Source: Coniocarpon cinnabarinum
Taxonomy: Eukaryota
NCBI GenBank assembly: GCA_051942205.1
Contig: JAVECO010000033.1
Location: 62,001 to 126,000 of the forward strand
Reading direction: 5' to 3'
DNA: 64,000 bases
In this document: piece after piece, positions 24,372 to 35,947 of the stretch
Position numbering within the stretch: position 1 is the stretch's first letter
Layout: each line of letters begins with the position of its first letter
Position numbers and translations under genes: made by a program
The notes under the pieces: model-generated
Told to the model about the DNA's origin: nothing
Seen by the model: the letters and a program-made list of their open reading frames with translations, nothing else
Databases searched by the model: none

Positions 24372-26004
24372 ATGGCCACCGTGAATTGCGCCTACACCGG
24401 CTACATCAACCCACCCAACGTCACCCCGGTCCTGACGCAAGCCCAAGTCTGGGCCGGCCTCGAGCGTAAAGTCCGGAGAGGACAGGACTTCGTGCCCGTC
24501 ATCGAGTCGACGACTGTCGTTGAGGAGAAGCGAAGCACCAAGCAGGAATGGCCCCAGCTAGCGCCCGGTGAGTCTTCTGCTGCATCTTCCGTGCGTCATG
24601 AGGCTCTGCAAGCTGAGAAGCTGTTTGCAAACGTCTGTTCGCAAACGTTTGGCTCTGCGCGTGAGTGTAGCCGCAATTGAGCCGGCCCGAAGTCTTCCAC
24701 CTCACTCACACTTGTTGCGTATCTGCATAGCACGCATTTAATTGCAATTCAGCTCGCCTGGCTCGCGATCGACCATCCAAGCGGAATCCGCTCAACTGAT
24801 CTCGGGTGAACAGGTACTCAAATCGTGGTCCGAGAAGCCAAGTTCACCGATGGTAATGGACCCCCGGCGGCGCTGATGAACAATGGCATCGCGAGAGAGA
24901 CATGTCTCCTGCATGCGCCCAATCGTGTAGACTTTCTACAGGACAGCGGTAGTCTTGTGATGAACATCATTTCTCGGGTATGTGGAAAACTGGTCTAGTT
25001 TCTTTGTTCCCCGCATGCTCTACTGGGCACTTCAGCAAAAGTATCCCCAGAGTGCTCTCTGTAAAACTTGAGATTGTCACCATCAATTCTTCCTATCACA
25101 ATTATGAGCATCAGCATCGCAGCTCTGAAGTCCTGGGACTCACTAATGAAGCTGGATCTCTGACCCCCTGCGAGATTGCAAGGGTTTTTCTCGAAAATAA
25201 GCCTACAAGTACTCGCAGTGACATCTCTACTGCATCCAGCAGGCCACGGATCTGCCTGTCTGCCACGTTTCTGTGCCATTAGAAGCATGTCTCGAAGGAT
25301 TTCAAAAGAGCGGTCACAAATCTCCACTGACAGCTGCCCTTCGCAAAACACCCAACATGCTCTCCACTATCAGCGCAATTCTCCTCGCGTGAGAGTGCTT
25401 ACTCTTTCAGCCTTACTGCTAATTTGATCATTTACCTGTTGCATCTCCGGCACGATCTTACGCTGATATCTCGCTCAGGGCTCTGGTGGACCCGAAGACC
25501 TCAGAATGACCTATGCTTTTACCTGGCTGCATCCAGAGTTAGACCCTGTCAAAGACAAAGTTGCGGTGGATCACCTAGTGGAGAAAAACACGGTTGGAGC
25601 TCAAACGGGTGAGTCCCTCTCATGTCTTCTACGACTGTTCCATTTAAATTGTGAGACATCGAAATGGGAGCGATTCTGGCACGGACTCAATGCCGTCATC
25701 TACTAAGCAGGCCTGCGATGCGATTGTCACGGACTCGTCTGCTCGGCAAAAGTCCTTGAATTGGCAGCAAAGAGTCTGTTCGAACTTTGTAGAGGTGTCG
25801 GCATACGCAGCGATGCTCGTGAACGTCGTGACATGACACCTTTGCGCCAATGAGAACATAGACACGAGCACTCCTTTTGCGAGGATGCAGAATTGTCAGG
25901 ACTCAAGCTAATACACCACCTCAGCCGTTGAAAAGTCCATCGAAGCCATCCGAGAAATGGTCAAGAAGGGCAACATCGCCGACTACGACATCGTGCGCAA
26001 ATAA
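24372..26004 (+). CDS. DUF1857/AtaL-like (SRPBCC superfamily) protein, 4 exons
   Basis: Exons 24372-24567, 24814-24977, 25479-25608 and 25925-26004 splice in frame: INPP...LT.AQVWAGL.RKVR..QDFVP.I / VVREAKF...RVDF...GS.VMNIIS / L.MTYAFTW.HP / AVEKSIEAIREMVK.G. Confidence 0.82.
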
Positions 26005-26681
26005 GCCGCCGACCGCCCAAACCCTTGCACCTCCGATCCGCCTCACGACCTCAGCATCGCCAAAGACAGATTTCGAAGCATACAGATACTCGAGCCTCGA
26101 CACTCATTTGCCATGATATAGAAACTAGATTACGGGCTTTCTTGTACGTAGAACTAACGCTTCATGACGCTTCCGCCGGTCATGGAATTGTGGCTCTCCA
26201 TATATTCGAGAGTTGCATAGTCGAAAAGACGCATTTCGCGCTATCTACACGTTTCTTGCGTCTGCCGTTATGCCAACGCTGGCGTCAACGCAGCGCTGTG
26301 ATCCAGTTCTATATTCTTCGTGAGCAGCGCTGCTTGCGACGTCGTCTATCCTTCCATTATTCAACCACTCCCTCAAAATAGGCAGTGCCTACTCACACAT
26401 CCCTCGCACAGTAAACGCAAGATCGCGAATGTAAACACACATCCGTCCATACAAATTCCTCTTCTCGTCTCGCAGACGCTCAAGTTCTTCCACCCCAAGA
26501 CCAAAAATAATTCTTCACCTCTTCTCATTGAAGGCCCGGCACCTTCCGTGGATTCTTCTGTTTCTGTTGTCCTCGTTTTACCTCGAATTGTTATCGCAAC
26601 GTCGCTCTTTGCATCCAACGCGTTGCGCTCTGCATCCGTCGCGTCGCGTCGAGTCATGATGAGGACATGAATGACGTCCTG

Positions 26682-26886
26682 CCCGGGATACGGGCACAGC
26701 CCAGGATGCAGGTACAGCCCAGGATAGGGTACAGCTACGATGGCGGCATCACCACGTTTCTTCTCGTTTCTCGAAGATTCGTCGCCGTTCCATGCGCGTG
26801 GCATGTATATGAAGTAACATTCCGCTTTTTTCTATTCACATCACTCCCGTTTGAACGTCACATCACTTCCGTTTCGAACGTCACAT
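26682..26886. repeat. two short degenerate tandem repeats (about 18 bp x3 and about 22 bp x2)
   Basis: cccgggatacgggcacag/cccaggatgcaggtacag/cccaggatagggtacag at 26682-26734; cacatcactcccgtttgaacgt/cacatcacttccgtttcgaacgt/cacat at 26837-26886. Confidence 0.75.
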
Positions 26887-27540
26887 TGTGCTAATCGTCA
26901 GTTGCGTACCGCAGCTCTGAGCATCGAAATGGGATTGCCACTTACTGCGTCAGTTGGGAGACCGGCTCGGGACCCGATTCCTCATTAGACCTCCTATTCA
27001 CTTAGCGTGAACGATGCCGTGCCATGCCATCATATGGGCAGCAGCTTAGAACAAGCGTCAGTCCGCTCAACACGACGACGCAGTCACAACTGGAATACGT
27101 CTGTGCTGCGGAGATACGGAAATAGGGAAAGTAAAATCAAGAGGCGAAGTGAAGGAAGAAAGGATGTCAAACACTAGATCCATTGTATCTACACAAGAAG
27201 CTACTTAGCATCGTCTACTATACAGCTCTCACTAACCCTCCTCTGACTGCACCTCCCCACCAAGATTTCTCCCTCACTCTCCCATCGACACACCACCTTC
27301 AAAATTGCGCGTCGCCTGGTTCACTACGACTTTTGACCAGACACACATAATCTATACGAAACGGAACCCTGTTTCATCAAAAACGCCAGATATGCAGCCA
27401 TGACTTCAGATCAGAGATCAGACATTACCGGCCGTAGTAGAAGTCTCCATATGTCCATCCACAACCCTTTAAGCAACCACACGCTTCGCCCTCGTCTCAC
27501 TGTAGCCTTGTTGAACTGGGTCCCAAAAAAGGCTGACGAA

Positions 27541-29849
27541 TTACCTGTATCCCAAATCCCACTTCGGCTTCAAAGTGGCCGCCAAATCATCCTTGGTTCC
27601 CACATTCGAGTTCCCCACCCGACTAAGTCTGTAGTTCCCAGCACGGACATTGTGAGCGTTGATCGCTGAGATGCCACTCCGACCGGAGCGAATACTGCTG
27701 GTATCCGATCCACCTCCGTCGCCTTTGAAAATACGAGGGGGCGGGGCAAAGTCCAGACCTGTAAAGGTGCCTGATTTGCGAAGGGCATGGGGCGATGGCA
27801 TGACTGAGAGTTCTTTGAATGATGATTGAAGCGGAGTGAATGCCCTGACGGAAGGTGAATAGGGACGCTGTGACAGAGCTGGGCTTGCAGAGCCGCCACG
27901 GGCACGCTCTTTCATTGATGGAGGCGGGGCGAAGTCCATGGATGGAAGGGAGACGGTGTCGTCTTTGAGAAGATGAGGCGTCGGAAGATTGTTCAGAGGT
28001 TTGGGAGGTGGCAGTTTCTTGACGGGACGGCCGCGACTGGCTTGCGACATGGCGCGACTACGGGGACCGGGCGGGCCACGAGGACGTGGTGCACCGGGTG
28101 CTGGCGGGGTTATGGTACCTGAGGCGCCACCGTAGATCCATTGGCCGGTTTCGTCGTCCCAAATAGGAGTGCCTTCGAAGTAGTCGCCGCCAGCATAGTT
28201 CTCGTAGTAGTCACCGTAGCCGTAGTAGTCGTCACCGCCCGCAGGCTTAGAGTCGTCAAAGTATTCTTTGTAGAAGGATCGAATGCGGTTGGCACGCTGC
28301 TCGGCATTATCGTTCGGGTCCTCAGGAGGTAGAGGGCGAAGATGGCCAGAGAGTCGGCGAGGATCATTATATTGAGGAACGCCGAGATTGTCCTGGTTTT
28401 CTACAGGTCGGCGACGAGGAACTGCAGCTGGGGGCGGACCATGGGGGTCGTGCTGCGTTTGTGTAACGTTGAGTTGGGGCCCGTGAGGATCTTGAGGTCC
28501 TTGTGATATGCCAAGCATGTCAGTGTAATTGGCGTAGTTGTCGAAACCATTGGCAGGCATATCATGTGTTTCTGGTGGAGGCGAAGTATGTTGCGGAGAA
28601 GTTGGGGGCAAGGGTGGTGGCGGGGATTTGCGAGAGCTCTCCCCAATTGACTGTGCGGCGATGGAGGAGCGGTCAATATTGCGCGGAATGCTGAAGTTTG
28701 AAGCTGGCTTGGGATCGTTTGGTTTGGGAGGCAATGGTGGTGGTACCCGTTCGTTCTCAACGGGTTTGCGGTTCACACTAACGCCATTGTAAGCTGGCTC
28801 AGGCTTATCGGCGAAAGGAGAATTGACAGGCGAGGCGGACCTTGGAGTATTGCTCGATGGTGAAGCCGCGCCACCAAGGAGGCCTTGCTTTTCAGTTTTC
28901 GTAGAGTCGTGCAGCGGTCTCCTTGCCAACGGGGGACCAGGAGACTTGCTGGCGGTGCGGACAGGGCGATAGGGATCTCCGTCATCATGAGCAGATCGTG
29001 ACGCAGAATCGAAGGAAGCTTTGCCATGGAGGTCGCTCGCAATCACATAGGGGCTGCCCAGTGTGTTGAGGTCGAGCGACAGGCCCTTGCCGTGGATCAT
29101 CTTCTCCTGGCCCATATCGGTGACAATCATTTCCGGCATCCCATTCTTGTTCTTCTTGCCCCTGCCCTTTCGGCGCATTTCTCCCATGCCAAAATCAAGA
29201 GAGCCGTGTTTGTCATTGAGATCTTCACGACGCTGCCTTCGGCGGTGTTTCATGATGACAATGGTAAATACGAACAGAGCAACAAGGCAGGGGATTCTAT
29301 ATTGAGATGTCAGTATTACATTTCGGTCAGGTGAGAACGGTGCGTGACTTACACAACACCCAGAGCAATGGGTAGCGCGTTCGAATTTGAATGAGACTGG
29401 GCAGTGTCCGCAGACCCGCTCGACGAATCACCAGAAGAGCCGCTGTCATCAGAGGACGACGAGGATGATCCGGAGCTGCCAGAAGAAGAAGAGCCGGATC
29501 CGCCACCGCCTGACGAAGAGCCAGACGGGGAGCCTCCTGAAGAACTTCCAGACGATCCCCCTGATGAACCGCCCGAGGAGCCTCCAGAGGATGAACCGCT
29601 GCCACCGCTGCCCGTCGAGCTGCCAGAATCGTCACTACCTCCTCCAGATCCAAAGACGCCGCCACCTCCATCGTCTTGTGGAAGCTCTAGTCGGTACGAC
29701 GGCTGTCGAGCGACGTTGTGAAGGCCATAGGCGAGCTCACCAGCCACGGTGTCTGCGGTGCCATCGACCGCAGGAAGGTCGGCAGGGACAGCATCGGAAG
29801 CGATGACGGATGTATGGACAGCCTGGCGATGCTCATGCTGCCATCGCAT
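27541..29849 (-). CDS. single-pass membrane protein, SKG6/TOS2-like, 2 exons
   Basis: Ser/Gly-rich N-terminal region; TM IALGVV|IPCLVALFVFTIVIM followed by KHRRRQRRED (intron about 29352-29297); Pro-rich tail with EQRANRIRSFYKEYF, LPTPHLL and MPSPHALRKS blocks. Confidence 0.7.
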
Positions 29850-30992
29850 TTTGTTGTGATTTCAAGATTAACGAAAGGGATGATAGAAACGGGTTCCCTG
29901 ATTAAAGCGACCGCAGAGTTGGGTAATGGTCACGGTTGACGGTCGATTAGTGATTAGCAATGGCCTGAACTGAAGAGGTATCTTAATGGTCCAGGCTGTA
30001 AACTCGATGCTGCCGGATAAGGGCCACGTCCTGGAAGCGGATAGCGGATGAGGTGAAAAAGAAGGAATAAAGAACGACGCTTCTGGGCGCGTGCGTTGAA
30101 GTGAACGAGCGGCTAGATCATGCAGCAAAGGGCATGCTAGGTAGGGAAACGAATGACTGTCGGTTGGAAAACCGAAGGGAGCGACGTGGGTGAGGAGGTG
30201 GGTAGGTGGGAGGAGGGAGTGGTGAGTCGAGAGGATGGATCGGTCAGGTTAGGTAGCGAGGAGGTGTGAGAGAGAGAATGGGAAGGGTGAGAGGAAGCCG
30301 GCGGAGCAGCCAGACGGGGCGCACGGATCACCAGGCACGGACGGCTGATTGGTGGGTTTTGCGGGTTTGCGCCCTTGTCCATCTTCCCCTGGACGGCGCC
30401 CGCCAGATGTAACGACGGACTGCCCGGATAGGCATCTTGGGACAGCCACCAAGTCTGTGCGGGTATACGCAGCTGCCCAAGGGGGAAGAGACCGCCACGA
30501 GCCATCAACAATGAACATGCACGCCGGGCTCCAGTGTGAAACCAACCCAGAGCGCCGCCCAACCAGCTATCCCCGTCGCCATCCTTCCATGCCCGCGAAA
30601 TTGCTCTCTCCAAAATTTCCACTTCCCGACGCCTTACCTAACCAACCTGCCAACCTGAGCTATCCTCCGCCGCTGCTGCGTGCCTGTTCCTGCTGACTCT
30701 CTCCCTGGTTTCTGGTCATGGTCATATCCTGTCGTCATTCTGAGCCCGGGCTCGACTTCATTTTCGTGGGTTTATTTGTCTTCACAAGATGTGAGGCGTG
30801 CTTACAGCTTTCGAGCAAACTACCATCGTGGACGGTCAAGGCATCGCCCATCATCTAGATATTCATCCGCGTTGCTGACGTGCCGACGACCGATCCAATA
30901 TTCTGCCTGCCATCTCGGCTGCGCCTCGGCTCGCTCAATGGGGGTCGTCCTGCCATGTTCTCCTGCGCCTCGACATTCGACTCGGAAAAATG

Positions 30993-31763
30993 TTACGACC
31001 AAGGCCGGCGAAGACCTGCAAGGAGGCCATGGGGCCAAATGTCAGCCTCTGTGCCAGTCCACAACTCGATCCAATGACTGCCGCTTGCCTTAATCGAGCT
31101 CCGGCGAGTTTTGGCCTGGCTCCCAGTTGGGTTCAGCCTCCTTTTCTGTGGCTCCACCTCATCTCCCCATTCACCGCCGTCTTGAGCCACTGACGCATCA
31201 GGTCGTGTTCCGTCTGAGATACTTCGCCTCATGTCGGCTCTTTGTAAAGACAGTTGAGCATGCGGCCCCATTGTGCCTGACGAAGCGTGGATGAAGCGCA
31301 TATCGAACATTGACACGGGACGGGTCTTGCCGCTGTATGTGTTGCTGTCTTCTGATCTGACCCTGATTGGAGTGTAAGTCAGGCCCCCTCTTCTGACGGG
31401 GCGGTGCTCAATGGTCTCGATGCTGTCAAGCGAGCTGGCTGGCGACTCGTATAATTCTCCGTTTGTTTGAGTAGACGAACTCGTATTCAAAGGCAAGACT
31501 AGAGCGTTGGGTATCACGAGCGGTGAGTGGTCCAATGAGGATTCTTCAGGCTCGTCTCTGCAAGCTCCTCGTATAGCAAAACTGTCCAATAGGCTGGACG
31601 TCCCGCTGCGGTCAAAGCCGCAGTCTTCTGCCAATTGGTTGAGGTCATCGTTTATGTCTCTCACGAGCGACTCGACTTGAAGCAAAAAATACAGCCAATT
31701 GCATTTTGCACGGAACTCGGCGACCTCGCTTGCCATGTCGTTGCCGTACAACGTAACAGTCAT
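30993..31763 (-). CDS. hypothetical protein
   Basis: 256-aa ATG-initiated ORF in otherwise unoccupied space; helical-looking N-terminus and Ser-rich remainder; no recognised motif. Confidence 0.5.
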   Translation of the reverse strand: MTVTLYGNDMASEVAEFRAKCNWLYFLLQVESLVRDINDDLNQLAEDCGFDRSGTSSLLDSFAIRGACRDEPEESSLDHSPLVIPNALVLPLNTSSSTQTNGELYESPASSLDSIETIEHRPVRRGGLTYTPIRVRSEDSNTYSGKTRPVSMFDMRFIHASSGTMGPHAQLSLQRADMRRSISDGTRPDASVAQDGGEWGDEVEPQKRRLNPTGSQAKTRRSSIKASGSHWIELWTGTEADIWPHGLLAGLRRPWS

Positions 31764-32191
31764 CCGGAAATGACCACGCTGCCGGTCGCAGTTGAAATAT
31801 TAGAATACACGCGGATCAAATAACTCTGCTATACAGTAATAGTCGTGCTCGATGTTTTCCTTCATGATGAAGTGAGCATTTGGGATCTTTCGAGGTCAGA
31901 GGTTGGGAAGCCCCACAAGAGAGCCGTGCATTTGGCAGGCACGACTGTGGCATTGCCCGTTGTAAATGACAGTCAGTGGCATACCTGAACCCATCTCACA
32001 TCTTTGAATGAGCTCAAGCTTGGCTCACGCTATATCTTGCGCTGATATCCCATGTATGAAGCGTGACCTCCATTCCATACCAAATTACCGACGATTCGTG
32101 CACAAAACTGCTCTCTCGTATTAAATATGCACATATGGTTGAGTTGAGCTTATTCGCAGATGTCCAGGTATTCCTACAAAGTACTTCCTAA

Positions 32192-33174
32192 TCAAGATGT
32201 GCCCTTGGGCGACCTCTTGCCGATATTCCACCCCCATCCTCTCAACGTCCTCACCACACGCGGCAACACTGCGGCGGTGAGTGGCACCCGGAGAAATATG
32301 AACGACTTGTGGATCGCGTAGGCAAGAGCCAATTGAGTTGCCAGTGCTATTCAGACGGTCAGCTTGCCAGTCATTCCCATGCAAATACCCATGTTGTACA
32401 GCAATCAAACCAACACGGTGACAACTTCGACTTACATGCATTGTCGCGGTTCGCGGCCTGCGCTTCCTCCACACCCCAACTCCACTCTTCCTCAACCATC
32501 GCGCCATCTGGCTCTTGTCCGGCGTGTTTGACCAACACAGCCCCCTCTATGTTCGCTTCCGGGTCTTTTGCTGCAGGCCTGCTAGGCCCCACCCTGTCTG
32601 AGATTCCTCGAAATGTGTCGCCTACCCCTCGCAGAATGCCTCTGACTTGCTCTTCGCCGCCTGGGAAAGGAAAGCTGATCATTGCCCAAAAGCCGTGTAT
32701 GATCGCATGCTCCGCCCGTGCTATTCGTTCAGTGCCGAGCATCCGCACTGCCAGAAAGCAGAATGGGAAATCAAGGGCGGAGAGCGCCAGGTATACTCCC
32801 AGCGCTGTCCACCCATATTCTCTCGAGAGTTTCCGCAATCTTTCCGAAAAGGACTGCGCAGGCTGGCCTGCAGGCGAGCCAAGCTGCGAAGTAGGGTCAG
32901 GCCGGGGTGGCTGGTTCTCAGTGGCTTTATTCGATTGACCGCGAGATTGGCGAACGTGAGGTCTTCGCGGGGAGTGGAAGAATCGCAGCGATCTTCGTGA
33001 CCGGAACCATGCTTCGCGCGTGCTTTGTGAGGTGTTTTGGATGTATCGAGAAGAAACGGGGTTCTGTATGCGGTGTAGACGTTTTGAAAATGGCTCACGG
33101 AGAAACAGTTGGGGGAGCTCTGTAAGCCGTATCCTGCTCAGATATTGTGACGATAGTAGTGGTGCCTGCGCCAT
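32192..33174 (-). CDS. NAT2: mitochondrial DUF1279/FAM210-family protein (Nat2-like), 2 exons
   Basis: Arg-rich presequence; RLRKLSREYGWTALGVYLALSALDFPFCFLAVR; after a GTAAGT intron, LATQLALAYAIHKSFIFLRVPLTAAVLP.VV.TLRGWGW. Confidence 0.82.
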
Positions 33175-33407
33175 GCTATGGAGAAGAAAGCAACGTTCAA
33201 GGTCTGAATGGTCGACCTCACGAGTTATTGCGGAGGCCTGCGGCCGGCGTAGGCGAGCGGAAGTAAGTTTTAAATCCGATGTGCATGTTTCGGCAGGTTT
33301 TGTTAAATGCACCTCGTCAAGATCTATTGCAACAAGTCTATATCCGTGATCACGAGGGAAATCGTTAAGGGTTGGTTCTGCTCATTGACTAAACAGATTT
33401 ATCCGCC

Positions 33408-35666
33408 ATGTCGGCCGCTATACATGGCCTCACAACTCAGCAGCAGGTCTTTCTTCAGCCTACGCGTGCTTTGAATTCTTCCGTCCTCGACTTAGGCAAG
33501 CAATTTTTCGATGCGCTGGCCCACGACATAAGCTCGGCACAGGATGTGCGAAGGAAGAACGAGCGGCAGGCGAGAAAACGAAAGCGAGCGGAGTATGAGG
33601 AGCCAGGCGGGATATTGCGCATGCAGCAGCTATGTGTGGATGGCTTTGAGGTTGAACAAGTTTGGCAGCAAGCCAAGCGCGTTCTCGATGCGACCTTGGA
33701 CGAGGTGCAAAGAGACGCAGCCGCTATGGAGGAAGCGATGGATGGTCATTCGGATGACGCAGAGGAAGACGGGCGTGTCAGCAAGGTGGCCCGGCGCGAG
33801 GATGACGGACTCGTCGAGGAAGATTCCGATGAGCTTGGGTCACTCGGTGAGGAAGGCGTTGACTGGGAGTACGAGGGAGAAGATATGGACGTGCAGCAAA
33901 GTGAAAAGCTACGCAGTGAGCAGGACCAGGTCGTGGAAAGTGAAGACAGTGAAGTAGACCTTTCCGATACTGGACAAGAGACTCCGCTGAGTGGTGTATC
34001 TGATGGCGAGGAGCTCACTGACGAGCTCGTCAAAGATCGACACGGACTTAATGACGGCTTTTTCTCCATCGATCAGTTCAACAAGCATTCACAAGCCATG
34101 GAAACAGTTGACGCCAGAGGTGATGAGGACGACGGCGCTGCGAGCGACGAAGAAGACATCGACTGGGCAGCTGATCCACTGACCAGTGGAGCTACGCTCA
34201 ACTTTAATCGAGTGCAGAAGCCTCACAAGAAAAACAAGCAGGACACATTGGAGGAGGGAGAAAGTTCGGCAGCTGAGGACGGTCCCACTTTTGGTGACGT
34301 GGACCTTGACGCACCGGACAGTGAGGATGATGAAGATGTAGGGGGAATTCCGTTGACAAATGACGACGCTATGGGAGACTTCAGTAACACAAACGATATC
34401 ATGTACAACGACTTTTTTGCCCCACCAGCAAAAGCAAAATCTCGCGCGGCCCCAAAACCCAAACGAGACTCTGCAAACAAAGTGCCAGTCTCTGAAAAAC
34501 GACGAGCAGCCACAGAGCTCGCGACTGAGGATGGTGCTGGGAGGAGTGACGATGGCGCTGACATGAAACGTGCGATCTCCTCGGTTAGGAAAGACCTGGA
34601 AGATGATGAGACTGATCTTGACGATGATGAGGAAGGGGAAGAAGATCAGCTGGATCCACGTTCTCAAAATCTTTCAACACACGAGCGTCGCATGGCAGAA
34701 TTTCAAAGAGAAATTGCTCGTCTGGAGCGCGAGAACGTGGCAAACAAGCCTTGGGCTCTGACTGGTGAGACTGTAGCCCCCGCAAGACCTGAAAATGCTT
34801 TGTTGGAAGAAGACTTGGACTTTGAGCGGGCCGGCAAGCCGTTGCCAGTGATTACGCAAGAAGTAAATGAATCCATTGAAGCCTTGATCAAACGACGCAT
34901 TCTCAATAACGAATTTGACGAAGTTCGACGTCGACGACCTGAGTTAGAAGGTGTAGATGGCTCAGTTCGACGAGGCATGCTCGATGCAAATGGAAGACGG
35001 GGGGAACTGAGCGATACAAAGCCTCAACGTGGTCTTGCCGACGAGTATGAGGATGAATACTTGCGTAAGACGGATCCTAACTATGTGGACAAACGCAGTG
35101 AGGTCACGAAGAAGAAACATGCCGAGATAGAGAAGCAATGGGCAGAAATCAGATCCCAGCTCGATGCCCTCTGCAATTGGCACTACAAACCCCGACCACC
35201 TGAGAAAAATCTCGAGGTCCGGACAGACACCGCGACTGTGCAGATGGAAGATGCGCGACCGGCAGCAGAAGCAGGTGCAAATGCTAGTGGACTTGCACCA
35301 CAGGAGGTTTACAGACCGGGTCAGGATGGCAAAGCGGCTGGAGAAATCAGGACCAAAGGAGGTACTGCCATTTCGAAGGAAGAGGAGTCTCGGGAGAGCA
35401 AGCGTCGCCGGCGTCGTCGGAACAAGGAGAAGGCTTTGAAGTCGCGTGGCAATGGCACAAACGCTCAGAGAGACGACAGGCAAGCTGCTAACGACAACCG
35501 GAACCAGTCCAAAAAGTCTGGAGACCGGCGTGAGGTGGTAGACACTCTGAAAAAGGGCAACGTCAAAGTCATTGGCAAGAAGGGTGAACTGCAAGACGTC
35601 GAAGGGAAGGTGTCGTCGACAAATGCACATGGAGGCAAAGCAGGTGTCGCTGGATTCGTATTGTAA
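33408..35666 (+). CDS. MPP10: U3 snoRNP protein Mpp10
   Basis: 752-aa acidic protein with DGF...QVWQQ, LNDGFFSIDQFN, IMYNDFF, LSTHERR...LERENV..KPWALTGE...RPENALLEEDLDFE, LDALCNWHYKP and MEDARP. Confidence 0.96.
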   Translation: MSAAIHGLTTQQQVFLQPTRALNSSVLDLGKQFFDALAHDISSAQDVRRKNERQARKRKRAEYEEPGGILRMQQLCVDGFEVEQVWQQAKRVLDATLDEVQRDAAAMEEAMDGHSDDAEEDGRVSKVARREDDGLVEEDSDELGSLGEEGVDWEYEGEDMDVQQSEKLRSEQDQVVESEDSEVDLSDTGQETPLSGVSDGEELTDELVKDRHGLNDGFFSIDQFNKHSQAMETVDARGDEDDGAASDEEDIDWAADPLTSGATLNFNRVQKPHKKNKQDTLEEGESSAAEDGPTFGDVDLDAPDSEDDEDVGGIPLTNDDAMGDFSNTNDIMYNDFFAPPAKAKSRAAPKPKRDSANKVPVSEKRRAATELATEDGAGRSDDGADMKRAISSVRKDLEDDETDLDDDEEGEEDQLDPRSQNLSTHERRMAEFQREIARLERENVANKPWALTGETVAPARPENALLEEDLDFERAGKPLPVITQEVNESIEALIKRRILNNEFDEVRRRRPELEGVDGSVRRGMLDANGRRGELSDTKPQRGLADEYEDEYLRKTDPNYVDKRSEVTKKKHAEIEKQWAEIRSQLDALCNWHYKPRPPEKNLEVRTDTATVQMEDARPAAEAGANASGLAPQEVYRPGQDGKAAGEIRTKGGTAISKEEESRESKRRRRRRNKEKALKSRGNGTNAQRDDRQAANDNRNQSKKSGDRREVVDTLKKGNVKVIGKKGELQDVEGKVSSTNAHGGKAGVAGFVL

Positions 35667-35947
35667 TCAATTAAGGACAGCCAAATTAGGGGTAAGAAAT
35701 TGCACTCACATGATCTCACGTGAGCGTACACCTATCACCTCGAAGATTTCCCACATATCTACAGGAAAACTTCACTCACGAACTTCCACTCACTCCTTCG
35801 CGTACATCCAAACTTCTCAGATCTTTAGAGCACTCTTATAAGGTTGAATTACATCAAATATTCTCACTAAACCTAGTTCGCTACGTTACCGACATCAAAC
35901 AGCATCAAATTCCTGCAATTTCCACACTGTCCGCACAATCCAGAGAT

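Noticed and set aside
24568..25924. TPP riboswitch in the long introns
   Set aside because: CTGAGA occurs, but the downstream conserved TPP core is absent and the gene is not thiamine-related
26373..26804. 143-aa minus-strand ORF
   Set aside because: Partly generated by tandem repeats; no family similarity or supporting gene structure
29404..29721. Pro/Asp/Glu-rich plus-strand ORF
   Set aside because: Antisense shadow of the Ser/Gly low-complexity tract of the SKG6-like gene
31864..31988. Second ATGATGA...CTGA C/D-box-like pair
   Set aside because: No flanking stem or identifiable guide; such motifs occur by chance
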